Shown here piece after piece: positions 13,601 through 26,474 of a stretch of DNA of 64,000 nt. The translations under genes and the position numbers were made by a program. How positions within the stretch are numbered: position 1 is the stretch's first letter; every line of letters begins with the position of its first letter. The notes below the pieces were generated by a model. That model saw nothing but the letters and a program-made list of their open reading frames with translations, was not told the origin of the DNA and ran no database searches. This stretch comes from Octopus sinensis (lineage: Eukaryota), in contig NC_043001.1 of NCBI RefSeq assembly GCF_006345805.1, forward strand, positions 93,806,001-93,870,000, given 5' to 3'.

Positions 13601-13905
13601 CCGTGGATGCACATGGCCTAGTGGTTAGAGCAGTGAACTCGTGGTCGAGGGATCGTGGGTTCGAATCTCAGACCGGTGATTTGTGTGTTTATGAGCGAAA
13701 CACCTAAGCTCCACGCGGCTCCAGCAGAAGGTAATGGCGAACTTCTGCTGGCTCTTTCGCCACAAATTTCTCTCACTCTTTTCTCCTGCATCTGGCAGCT
13801 CACCTGCAACGGACCGACGTCCCGTCCAGGTGGGGAATCTATATGTCAAGGAAACCGGGAAACCAGCCCTGATGAGCCAGGCGTTGTTCGAAAAGGAACA
13901 AACAA
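13601..13905 (+). mobile_element. tRNA-headed SINE, family B, with 12-bp TSD
   Basis: A box TGGCCTAGTGG and B box GGTTCGAATC. Flanking direct repeat ATATCATATGTC at 13589-13600 and 13906-13917. Homologous to 33253 and 54950. Confidence 0.85.
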
Positions 13906-14391
13906 TATCATATGTCAAAGCCACAAAACACAAATTTCAATTTCTGTCTTATTTCTCGCCTGAATTAAAATATGAGGAAATAACAGTGGACAATTTATGA
14001 GTTTGTTAGTTGAAAAAAAAAGGGAGTTCAAAATATTTAAAGAGTGAGGAATAGATTCAAAATTGATGCATATCTCTAACTCGTCTGTAATTCATATTCG
14101 TTTAAAAACATTTAATACGCAAGTAAATATTCCTCCTATTGCTTGTATTTAGAAAGCAATTATTCAGATGAGTCATTCGATTTATTAGGAATACCAATAA
14201 ATACTTCCCAAGATAAATTTGCTTATCACTCCTGAAATACATTTGACCATTGTTTATGTTGACGTAAACAGCAGCGACGACATCAATAGCATCATCAACA
14301 ATCACCATCTTCATCACTACCGTTGCCGTCGATACCCGCGCTATCACCAAACATATAATGAAGTTGTAAAATAATAATTAAGTTGTATAAA

Positions 14392-14456
<65 letters not shown>

Positions 14457-14459
<3 letters not shown>

Positions 14460-14665
14460 AATCAAAGAAAACGGGGGAAAAAACAAGGTCAAACAACGCG
14501 AGTACGCGGTACATGCATAGCGTTAATAAAACGCTCAGAGAAGCAAAACAAAGGGTGTTTTACGTTCGAGCAAAGCACTTCTTACGAAACAGGAGACAGA
14601 GAAAGACCCAAAAGAAAAGGAAGACGGAGGAAAATAGAAAACCAACTATCCACATGCAGTTACAT
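14457..14665 (-). mobile_element. Short (TA)n-anchored element with decayed hammerhead-like core (14557-14590)
   Basis: Minus strand GTTT|CGTAAGA|A|GTGC-TTT-GCTC|GAA|CG|T|A|AAAC, followed by CTGAGCGT and a T-rich tail ending in (TA)n. Confidence 0.6.
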
Positions 14666-14903
14666 TGTGGAATACTCACACACGTGCACACACGTGCACA
14701 CACACACACACACACACATATAATGTTTCCACATTTTGGTTCTTCAAAATGGACCTGTTTCCCACCAAACATCTATCATCAGGCGAAAGTCTTTTGCCTG
14801 AAGATTGCGAAACTCATGTCACGTGCCAAAAACTCAGGCTTAGTATTACTAACAAAATATCATGTATGACATTTACTACTCGACATTTAGAAGCGTATGT
14901 GTG

Positions 14904-14953
<50 letters not shown>

Positions 14954-14970
14954 GTATGTATATATGTATG

Positions 14971-15004
<34 letters not shown>

Positions 15005-15015
15005 ATACATATATA

Positions 15016-15184
15016 GATCGCTAGCAGCCACTACACATTCTTTATTTTCTCTCCTTGTTTCTTTGTGTGTCCCTTTCTGTGGAAGAGCGTGGCTCGAAAC
15101 GTTAAATACTTTTTCACTTCCCGAGCGTTATACTAATACACCAGCTGACTTCGTCTTTTGTTTTTTTTTTTGTGAATTCTCCCT
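15016..15184 (+). mobile_element. Short (TA)n-flanked element with hammerhead-like core (15074-15106)
   Basis: TTT|CTGTGGA|A|GAGC-GTG-GCTC|GAAA|CG|T|T|AAA, then CCGAGCGT and CTAATAC. Same subfamily as 58864-59070. Confidence 0.6.
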
Positions 15185-15276
15185 ATATATATATATATAT
15201 ATATGTGAGAGTGTGTGTGTATATATATATATGTAATGTGTGTGTTTGTGTGAGTGTATATATATATATATATATA

Positions 15277-15653
15277 CTAGCAGTATCGCCGGCGTTGCTC
15301 AGGTTGTAAGGGAAATAACTATAAAGTATTTTTAGAGAGTTATAGCCAAAATAGCAAAAAAATGGAAAAAAATGATGGTAAATTTTTTTGTAGATTTAAA
15401 AAAGGTGGAGTTGCGTCCCCTAGACAGTTTGTGGTTCGTGTTTCTGATTCTCGACCCCATGTCGAATTATCGATTTTTTCAGAACTGGAGGAACTTTTCA
15501 AAATTTTCGCTGCGTTAGTTTTGAATTATGACATTGGGGCTATGTGTGTGTCAAGTTTCATCAGAATCGGTTGAAAGCCGTGGTCAGGGTGAGGGTACAA
15601 CCTGACAGACACACAGAAACACGCACAGACAAAAGCGTTTATATATAGAGAGA
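15277..15653 (-). mobile_element. Non-autonomous Helitron-like element
   Basis: Minus strand starts TC (TCTCTCTATATATAAA) and ends CTAG, preceded by a GC-rich stretch (CTGAGCAACGCCGGCGATACTG). It sits between A and T within (TA) tracts. Confidence 0.65.
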
Positions 15654-16959
15654 TATATATGCACATGTGTGTGTCTGTATGCTCGCCTGTAGGGATATTT
15701 GTGTTATTTCGGGAATAATGTCATGCCAGAAATTTCCTTATTCTAAAATTTGAAATCATTATCACAATCCACTGCATGGAACGTTTCTTTACTATAACGT
15801 CTGTTCAAGATAATTTTTGTGAGTGTACAGAATTAGTGTGGAATTAGTGTGGATGGATTTTATATGTAATATAAAAGGCAAATTGTGTGTCATAATGTGA
15901 TGCATCGGATGGACCCGGAAATTATGTTAAGTGTATAGTCGACTACATACATATTAATCTTACGAGGTGCTCGTGTGGTTTATCAAACAGTTCGATGTTC
16001 ATCTTGTAGACCGACGGAGGATCGCTTACAGGCTTTCTTGTATTGTATGTGCACGTGCCTGTTCACTATATGAATTTCAAATTTTGCTCTATAGATTTTG
16101 AATTATATATGAACACATGCAACATCAAAATAAAATATTTTGCCTTTGCCGGTGAATATAAAATATTTATATTTGTAGTGCGATTGTGGTACATAAAACA
16201 TTATATACCTTATCCTCCTCTACCTTTCTTCCTCATGCTCCCTTTCCTTTTCACTCTCTTCCTTACCCCTCCTTCTACTTCTATAACTGTTCGGCATATG
16301 TTAGATTGGTGCAACTTTCTACTGCATCACCTGCTCCACCTCCGCATTGCTGGAGTATGTGCAGCATTGTGTGTTCTTTTCTGCGGTTGGGAGTTTGCAA
16401 ACACTTCCCGGTACTGTATTGTGTTAGAAACTTTTCTTGAGGTATGGTGCTGTATTTTGTTGTGTTGCCACTTGTATTGTGTGTTGAATATATAATGCAT
16501 GTTTAACCAGGCTGCTGGTGGATGCTTATTTCACTGAGTAATTGCAGTATAAAGTGTGTCTTGCATTTGCAGGTAACATTGACTAAGTTGTATTATTGAA
16601 TTGATAACGTCTTCCGTAGGATGTTTAATGAAAGGTGGATAAACGTCGCAAGAATGACCAGTATGAAAGGAGCCATTCTGAGGATACACTTGTAATTAAA
16701 ATGTATTACCAAAGGAGAAAGGGGCTCCCTACACCCCTTTTGACCAGGCTCCCTTTGGTTTTTATGGGGTTTTCCACCAGGTACCTTTCGTAACGCCTCC
16801 CCCTATTGGGAGTTTTTGGTTGTTATAATTTTTTTCGTTGTTACACTGTTTTTACACGTTTTTTTTTACAAACGGACAAAACACTTTGTAACCTTTTGTC
16901 CTGTGTTTTGTCCCTCTATGTTTTAATTAATTTTTGTCAGCCCTTGTGGCCAATAGAAG

Positions 16960-16964
16960 AATTA

Positions 16965-17017
<53 letters not shown>

Positions 17018-17035
17018 CATTATTATTATTATTAT
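16960..17035. repeat. (ATT)n microsatellite (further arrays at 17439-17489, 18237-18290, 18571-18890)
   Basis: Direct reading. These arrays flank the Dong/R4-like fragments. Confidence 0.95.
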
Positions 17036-17436
17036 CTTTTGCCATTTTATAATTCCCGCTCCATAACGAAGAGACGATATCACCCACGTGTTAATTGCCA
17101 GGATTTTATTCCGGCCCGACAATTTTGAGAGAAGCACTAACCTCAGTCTTCAGAAATACCCCATCCTCAGTTGTTCTTTCATTTCCTTTTCCATTATCTC
17201 GTTGAACTTCAGCACACCGAGGTGTTTGTGTCTATCTGTTTCAATTTCTTTAATCAAGTCTGTATTCGGTAATTCTGTCCCTGCTAGGGTCTGTACCCTG
17301 CCTATTTTTATGTAGATTATTCTGCATTTCTTGAGTCCAAATTCTCTCCTAATATCAGTACTAAAACGGTGCACCGTGTTCACCAAGGAACTCACTTGAG
17401 TATCATCTTTGCCATACAGTTTCAAATAATCCATTA

Positions 17437-17438
<2 letters not shown>
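17036..17438 (-). pseudogene. Dong/R4-clade non-LTR retrotransposon RT fragment (catalytic motif to thumb)
   Basis: MDYLKLYGKDDTQVSSLVNTVHRFSTDIRREFGLKKC...HKHLGVL...GYF*RLRLVLLSKLSGRNKILAINTWVISSLRYGAGIIKW. One frame with one stop. Matches the R4/Dong pattern MDDLKLY...EFGLxKC...YKYLG...N.I.AINTW...RY.AGII.W. Confidence 0.8.
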
Positions 17439-17490
<52 letters not shown>

Positions 17491-18031
17491 GAACGCACGC
17501 GTCCTGACACAATCGTCAGCACTCCGGGAAAAACTGATAGCAACATTTATTCTTATGTCTACATTCTAAGTTCAAATGAGACCGAAATCATCTATGCTCA
17601 ACATAATTTCAGGGCCAATAAGACAAGCACCAGTCAGCACATGGTTCTATTTAATCGGTTAGCAATCCCACCAAAAATACCAGGCTTTGTACCTGCAGCA
17701 GGTGCAGTTATTTGGTTGAATCACTGAACCGCTCGAGTGATACAAAATGATTTGCCTTGAGGAATCCAGAGTTTTATCTTGACTTCAAAACCCCGCAAGA
17801 ATCAACTTTAACATTACATCTCCCTACCATCAATAAATAAACTGCCAATGAAAGTGTGGGATCAGTGTCCCGATTATTCACCTTACCCAGGAAATTGTTA
17901 GCATTTTGCTTTCATCAGGGATTGTCATTAGTGTTTTGTAATTCGTCCTTTTATATTAACTTGAATGTCTAGTGCCCTTGCGATCAATGAAAGATATCAC
18001 AACCACCATCACCATAAGTGTCGTTCTTGTA

Positions 18032-18234
18032 AATATTATTTTCACATACACTCAACAGATTAGACTACTGGAAAGAATATTAACAACAAGCTACAAGTAG
18101 TCTTAGATACCAAGAACCCTCCTGTTGGGTTACAGCAAGTAACCTTGGATGCCAAGAACCCTGCTAAATATCCTAGCTGTCCCGAATAACACTCCTTTCT
18201 TGAGCTATATACTCTTAAGGGGACGCTTCCTTGT

Positions 18235-18236
<2 letters not shown>
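18032..18236 (-). mobile_element. Dong/R4-like 3' end (second subfamily)
   Basis: Minus strand LKKGVLFGTARIFSRVLGIQGYLL* (consensus LQK..LLGTARILRRVL), then a short 3'UTR ending GTGTATGTGAAAATAAT. Confidence 0.65.
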
Positions 18237-18290
<54 letters not shown>

Positions 18291-18570
18291 GACACCGCAC
18301 GGTATACAATAATTAGAGGTTCTTGATTGAAGAAATTGTATCTACAGGGGGTTTGTACTGTTTGAAAAGTCACAACAAGGACCTCAAACAGACAGTACTT
18401 TACGCAATGTGCGTCCATTTCCAAGTAATGCCGACTTTTGCAATACATGTAGATTGTAGGGTATCACTAAGAGATGACTTTTGTTCAGATTGGGTGGTAT
18501 TGGACTCAATGCTCCGATGACATTAGAGATAAGCATTATGTTCGACTCACATAGCTGACTCATCTTAGCG
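18291..18570 (-). mobile_element. Dong/R4-like 3' end with (TAA)n tail
   Basis: AKMSQLCESNIMLISNVIGALSPIPPNLNKSHLLVIPYNLHVLQKSALLGNGRTLRKVLSV*, a ~95-nt 3'UTR, then (TAA)n. Confidence 0.75.
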
Positions 18571-18605
<35 letters not shown>

Positions 18606-18607
18606 TA

Positions 18608-18639
<32 letters not shown>

Positions 18640-18713
18640 GTACCATTATATAATTATTATTATTATTACCATTATATTATTATTATTATTATTATCATAA
18701 TTATTTTTATTAG

Positions 18714-18757
<44 letters not shown>

Positions 18758-18765
18758 TATAATTT

Positions 18766-18813
<48 letters not shown>

Positions 18814-21142
18814 GCATTATTATTATTATTATAATTAGCATTATTATTATTAGCATTATTATTCTTATTGGCATTATTATTATCATCATCATCATTTGTA
18901 GTGGTAGTAGTAGTAGTAGTAATATCGGCAGGTTTTGTTGTTATTGTTGCTGTGGGATTATTAACATTAATATTGTTTCAATTCTTTTTTTATATAATTT
19001 TGCGGTTCTAATTTTTTTGTGGTTTATAAAAACATGTATGCTTCAAATAATCATCGCCGTACACAAACGTATACGTCAAATGTGTATGTAGTTATGTATG
19101 TTCTATTATCAGGATATCAATAAACATATGAATATATGAATATATTGAATTTAGGCGCACTGTTATAGAAATTTCATACGAACGTATATACATACATGCA
19201 TACGTGTACACATTTATACATACATAATATATTGTGTGTATATTGATATGTTCGCTCTAAGCAAATAAATTTTACATATAATTCACGCAGATACTTAAAT
19301 TGCACATGGACATTAAAATGAAAGTGAAAGTAAGAAAAATAGCAAGGGAGAAAGAAACGGTATGTAAAGAAAGATTGAGAAATAGGAAAGATAGATTTAT
19401 GAGAAATTCATACACTGGGATTTTAAATGCCGGATGTATGTGTTATATAAATATATTCATGTGTATATGCGTATGCGCTTATGAGTGTATATGTATAAGT
19501 GTGTCAAAAATATAATGTGTAATTGTAGTGTGTGATATAAGCTGTGCGAAACACAATAACCATAAAGTACTGAGAACGACAATAAATTATGTATGTGTGC
19601 GTGTGCGTGAAGAGAGCGAGTGGGAGAGTGAGATGGCGAGAGAGACGGGCGGAAGAGAAAGAGATAGGCAGGATGTTGTATAAAGAGATCGAAAGATAGA
19701 TATACAAGAAGGATTAGATGAAGAGATTAGATATATAGATACCTTGATATCTCGTTAGGTAGATAGATATATACATAAACAGGAAGCGTGTGTGATACAG
19801 AACATCCCATATAATATGTGATAAACGTTGGGCAAAAAACACAACGAGTGATATCTATCTATATGGGTGTGGATGTATGTGAATGTGCGTACATGTTACT
19901 TCTTGTAAGTGTGTGAGTGTGAAGGAGAGAGAGTAAGGCTGTGTGCTGAATGTATGTATATGCCTCTATGTATGAAGGGAAAACGGTCATGGGATAGGAT
20001 TATGGAGAAAGAAAATATGAAATCAAGGAATCGAATGAGAGGAATATGATAGAATAAGAATAAGCAAGATGGACGAAGGCGGGGAGCTGAAGAGAAGACG
20101 TAAGGAAAGAAGAGTAGTTCTGAAAGAGAAAGACATGTTATAATTTAAATGCCTTTATGTCGGTGTCGCTGGGGAATATATTTTGATGTTCTCCCTGAAA
20201 TATGGAAGGAAGTCAAAATGAAAGCAAACAAGGTACAATAGAAGCAGGGTAATAAATAAATAATGCAGGAAGAGAAATAATAAAACATAAAATTGAAAAA
20301 GAAAGGGAAAATTTCAATTTTAAATTATTTTTCTATTTCCCTCTGAAATATTTCCATTTTTTGTTGTATTTTGCTTTTAATTCTTCCTATGTGTTTTCGG
20401 ATGATATTTTTCATCTTTTTATCTGTCAGTTTTTCTTTTTGTTATTTGGCTTTTTTTTTTTTTTATTGAGTTCACAACACCTTTGGTGCTTTCCTGTCTT
20501 GTTCTATCTTTTATTTCTTCTCAGCTATATCATCTCTCTCTCTCTCTCTCTCTCTGCCTTCCTCTCAGAACAAATTGTTCCTCTTGTAATAAATCTGAGT
20601 AGGAATCCAATGTAGATTTATTCAGCGAACTATTTATTTAGCTATAAATGTACATGAATAACGTAAACACGAATAGATATTTATATTGCCATAAATATAC
20701 ATACGAAACGGAATAATTGTTCTTTTTATATATATATATATATAATATATGTTTGCTACACACACAACTCACAACAAACCAAGTGGAGCACTACCTCGAG
20801 TAATATTTACAACCGGAACAGCTATAACCACCAACACTACAATCATAACCAACACTTTCACTACAATGACGACCACCACTATAACCACTAGAAAAAAAGC
20901 AACCACAACTTATTGGAATCCTCAAAGGGAATGTTGGGAGCCATTTTCATTCATCTCACGAAGAACGTATAAAATGTAGCAGCCGACAAAATACGACGAT
21001 CGCGTGACTTGAAGACCTGAAGCCATACATAGAAACGCATGTATATACACACACACACACACACATACACAAACACACACACACACACACAACACACACA
21101 CACCACACACACACACAACACACACACAACACACACACACAC

Positions 21143-21218
<76 letters not shown>

Positions 21219-24200
21219 ACTTTGTCTGCCTCTGTTGGACACTGTCCTTTACGAATGCCTTCTCGCATTTATTTTATTGCGGTTTATGATTATATTTGTT
21301 GGCATAACGATGTTGACTGTGTGGTCTATTAATATTTCTAGAACAGTCATGTCTTTCATTTGGTGGCGGTGGTGGTTTTAGAGGAATCTATAGTTGTTTT
21401 TTTTTATATAGCCAGCAGCAACATCTTTGCCATTGTGTTATAGTTTTACTAATACCTGTATCGTGTATGTGTGTGTTTGAATGCTTATGAGCACTCATGA
21501 GTACAATTGAAAACATGCAGTATAGTGTGAAGCCGACGTTAACAAAATGTGCACCTTAACAGGTTAAGCTGCTGAGGAGAGTTGCTATACATCCAGTACG
21601 ACGAAATGAAAGCCTTTCAAAATGCTGTGAGAGCCGAATATGGGTTATTTGTATATATTGCTATATGTGGATCGTAATGTGGCCCTCAGAATGTGTTGTG
21701 TGGACGCCCCCAGGCGTTGAAGTAGGCTAGCCCAATACGTAGATAGATAGGGAGAAGCCCAGACGTCAGCAGTGGAGTCGTAGAGAGAGTAGAAGCGGTA
21801 AGAGTCGAGTAGACCAGAACAGAATAGAGTTGAGTAGTAGAGGCATCCGAACGTGCGCCATACCGGAATGTACACGGCAAGTTGAACGAGTGCACTAGTA
21901 GATAATGGTATATACACAAATACTAAAACTGGGTTACTTTTCTGGAACTTGCTAAGTAAATGATAGATATCATTTTCTTATCCGAGTCTCATTTTGGCTT
22001 TTTGCTAAAGTTTAAATATACTGAAATAAGTTGTTGCTACAATATTAAGCGTAGGAAAGCTGATAATCTGACAACACTTTTGAAATGAGTTTTCCATTTG
22101 GAAGATGATTATTCAGGTTATTCATAGTCCGATATCTATGTCTATATCTCTAAAATGTGGTCAGACCTTCGACGCTTTTCGTTGCACATGTACTAAAAAT
22201 AAAATATTCTGATGAACATAACATTCTGATTTCGGATCGAATAAAAAACATTATCTGAAATATTCCATTGGAGATAAAGAAAAAATATCGGGGACTTGAT
22301 TCAAGAGGTAAGGTTGTTCATAAGTTTTGTACAAAATAATTTGAAGAACAATAACCAAGAATTTTCAACATTTACAAATATGAAAGAGATAAAGGAAATC
22401 TCTATTATACCAATTCTGAGAAGATAATGATTTTTGATAAGAAATTGTCACCAAATAAGATGTCTCGAATAACCAAGTGTACCAAAAGTTTGCTTCGACG
22501 ATAATATTCAAATAAAAGATATATTATCTATACAAAAATATCCACAATCGCTACTCCGTGAAAGTTAAAATTAATCCAATATAAAATTGTCACAGATTCA
22601 GAAGTAGATGAAATGTATGAAAAATAGTAGGATAATGCTAAACGGTGGGTCATCCTTTTTTTTTAGCATGTTGATGATGTTAAAGGGATTTATCAAATTT
22701 CAATTAATATTAAAGATCTCCGCTTATAATTAGGAATAGTTAAAAAATAAACATTAGATTCAAATACAAAACTTTAACGACAATAGAATACTTTGGCAGA
22801 ATATTAAAAGTATTTCAGCATTGATTTTTTAAAAAGCTCATTCAGCATTTTTCGAAAGAAGCACTTTCCTGTCATTCTTTAGGTCATAATTTATCAAGTA
22901 CAAAATTATACAATGTGTTCTCCTTTATAAAAAAAACGTAGATAATGATTGCAACTTCAGGTCATGCCATCGCTTAGAGAGTCATTTATTGCTTTAGCTA
23001 AGCTTTGTTAATACAGCTGTGTGGATTCAGTGATTGTAAACCTTTGCCAAATAATAGCATTAGCGTTGATACATTTATGTTGTGTGTATATAAACAGGCA
23101 GAGGGTTGATGTAAAATTATTTTACATAAAATCAAACTTATTTGGAACGGTGTATTAACAACCAGCCAATAAAGATATTACTTGTTACTCTATATGCCAA
23201 GTGTTTCTTAATCAGCTGTATACTAAGTTTCATGAGATCTACTTCGTTCTCTCACTGTCTTCAGTTTTACCTCAGATCAATATTCCCTGCGTGATTAACG
23301 TGACTACACATCTCCCTACACAGAAAATATACTATTTTGTTGTGTGATTACGGAAATCATTAATGATTAAACTTTGACTCTTCAAACAGAACAGTGAACC
23401 GCTAATACAATTTATGTTTCATCAATATTCAAATTATTCATTGAATACCGTTGCCAACTTAATCCGTAGCTTTCCAAGAGTTCTATAGCTACAGCATTGT
23501 AATTTTACTTATCTTTATAGTTTTAGACATGCTACCAATAACTTATAATGATTACCATAATTTTTTTTTCATATTGCGTTAAAATTATACTATTTGTTCT
23601 GGTCTAAGAATGTAAACGACTATACTGAAAAGTTAATACAAGTCTATGATAGAATAAGCAAGTTAGTGTTTTGAACAGCCTCATATTAGGCCTGTCATTT
23701 ATGCGAAACTAACAGAAATTTTATGTTCAGTGTTTCTTTGGTTCCTCGCATTTATTGAATGTCGTGAAAGAAACTTTAAATATCACAACGGGTATGTTTT
23801 ACTAAACAGACATTTTAAGTATTGCTGTGAAGACTATTTAAAAGGCATTATACAATGAATAATCATGAACTTTATACTCGTATCATAACCATAAATGTAC
23901 ATTCAAAATATTGGGTACATTTATAACGATTTCGATACGAATATTACTCTCTCGGATTACACGTAATGTCTCAATAAAGTCAAATACACTCTATAGTCTA
24001 ATACTTTGACTCTAAACCTATTATATTAGATTCATTCTGATCAATTATACCAAGCAGCAAAATACATTACTATCTACTTAACAACACAAAGGATATTTAA
24101 CCAGACGATTGATATATTGACGGGTACGATATTTCTATTATATATATGTGTATGTCTATGTCTAAAATTATTCTTTATTTCAGTTTTATTTACCTAGTGA

Positions 24201-25810
24201 AACTTTTACTTTTCCGGAAAAAAGAGACTTGCCCGACCAATTTTTTAATTAAAAAACAAAATCACAAAAACATTGATCTCATTTACTTATCCAGTTTTAT
24301 TTTAAAAAAAAATAAATCCCGACGATACTTTTAATTGAAGGGCATCGCGATTTATGTACCATGGGTAACATTACCCCAAACAACTACTAATAGCAAAATT
24401 TAAATAAGTTAAAAGCATTTTAAGCAATCCTGTATTAAACATTTCAAGCGCTACTTAATATATTTGAGTCAAACCATTACAGAGACAAAATCTATTAAAA
24501 ATAATTAGGCATTAAAGCTTTACATATGTAGATATAATCACCTATATAATTATCATACCCTACCATATTTTAATTTAAATCTCCAGTTGTGCTGGAATTT
24601 TCCAGAAATATTTCCAATGCATTAAAACAAAACATAAATTTTTATGTTCGCATTGTATTCATGAGAGTTTTGAATTCAATTAAAATGTGGATGTCGAGTT
24701 AAATTACGGCATTTTATGAGAATTCGTACTTTCCTTGTCAGAATATTTGCAAATTTAAATAAAGGATGACACGAGAAATGACATTATAATGATTTATTTC
24801 GACTGCTGCTTCTGATTTGGCTTGTTAAATCACCTAACAATTATCACATAATTTAGTAGAGCACATTTACGTTTTTCCTTCTATTTTTTTGCTTGTTTTT
24901 GTATTCTGTTTAACAATATTTAAGATAAGGCATGGAAATATTGGTCAAAAATATTTCCAAAACTGTGGCAGCTACAACTTTATAGTGCTTCAAGAAGTAA
25001 TTCCAACGACCTCATAACATTTATCTGGTATTAATCTTGTTTTAAGATGAATGAGGGATAAATTTAATTTTAGCTTCGTTGGTCGTAAAATCTAACACAT
25101 TTTTTAAAGGAAGTATGTGGAACAAAAATCTACTGGCTATTATATACTATCGGTGAGAAACATTAATTTCTATTCTTTGTAAAACGCTACACATTTATCA
25201 CTGTGTATTGAGGCTATAATTAAATGAAAATTCTACTGGTTAACATTGTATATGCATTTAAGACACCGTGTCTAGAGCAAGACGTCCTAATGTCTATTTT
25301 CTTTATATTTTAAGTCTGCAGATTGTGATTCTAAAAATATTTTGGTGACTCTTTCTGGCAGATGGTGCTAACATGTAAAAGCACACATCTAGTCTTAAGG
25401 GGATATTTCTATCATATCGCTTGTTGATTTGCCTTCTCACAGATAATGTACAAGAAGAAATTCTATTACTGGCGTCTTCAGCTTGTTTTATATTTCTAGA
25501 ATTATTAAAGAGCCTTTCATGATTTGATATCTCAACAATCTATCAACTCGCTGTCACTTCTCTAGCTCAAATTATACATCTATCACTGTAAATATGTATG
25601 TGTGTGTTTGTGAGTGTGTATGGATGTGTCAAAACTGAAAACTGCAGCACATCATGGAGGAAAAATGATGGGAAAGAACCTGGATATTAACCAATATACA
25701 GAGATGATTCACAAGGTATACAAATCTTGACCAACGTAATTAACACAGTAAGTATAGTTATATTTCCAGCAGATGAATTCAGAATTATACACAACACATA
25801 TGCAAATGTG

Positions 25811-25897
<87 letters not shown>

Positions 25898-26161
25898 CTC
25901 GAACCCACAAGAGTAAACAAGAGAGACAGAGACAGGCAGAAACAAGGAAAATGCCACCTGTATTTGAACACTGTGCAAATAGTATTTTTAAAAAACTTTT
26001 CTTTTAATTTTTCCAAAATTTAATTGTTTTCCATACATACAGCTGAAAGAGTCTCAATGACTGAAACCGGTACTGAAATGTTTATTTATAAAATTATTTT
26101 AGCATTTTCTTTCTTGACATTTTTTCCATATATATATCAACTTGTGTGTCCTTTTCAAACT

Positions 26162-26269
<108 letters not shown>

Positions 26270-26400
26270 TATATCCGACAACTGTTGAAGGTTCGTTGTT
26301 TATGTATTCAACACTTTTGTTCTCGTAATTCATGTTGTTTACGGTTTGTGACGTCCTGTACCCATATATGCATATATATGTGTGTATGTGTGTACATATA

Positions 26401-26473
<73 letters not shown>

Positions 26474-26474
<1 letters not shown>

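Noticed and set aside
13605-13680. tRNA genes at SINE heads (also 9861, 33253, 54950)
   Set aside because: A and B boxes are present, but no complete acceptor stem is evident and the sequence continues into SINE bodies with TSDs.
13869-13893. CTGATGA-GCCAGGCGTTGTTC-GAAA as a hammerhead
   Set aside because: No stem II or stem III pairing, and the homologous SINE-B copies read CTTATGA (55212) and CACATGA (33500), so the match is incidental.
22100-22860. Coding-looking AT-rich stretch
   Set aside because: The best frame I read has about 7 stops in ~120 codons, close to expectation for such AT-rich DNA, and has no recognisable motif.
23271-23315. 45-nt minus-strand micro-exon candidate (EMCSHVNHAGNIDL); likewise 53039-53077 (+)
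   Set aside because: AG/GT pairs this short arise often by chance, and there is no homology or expression evidence.
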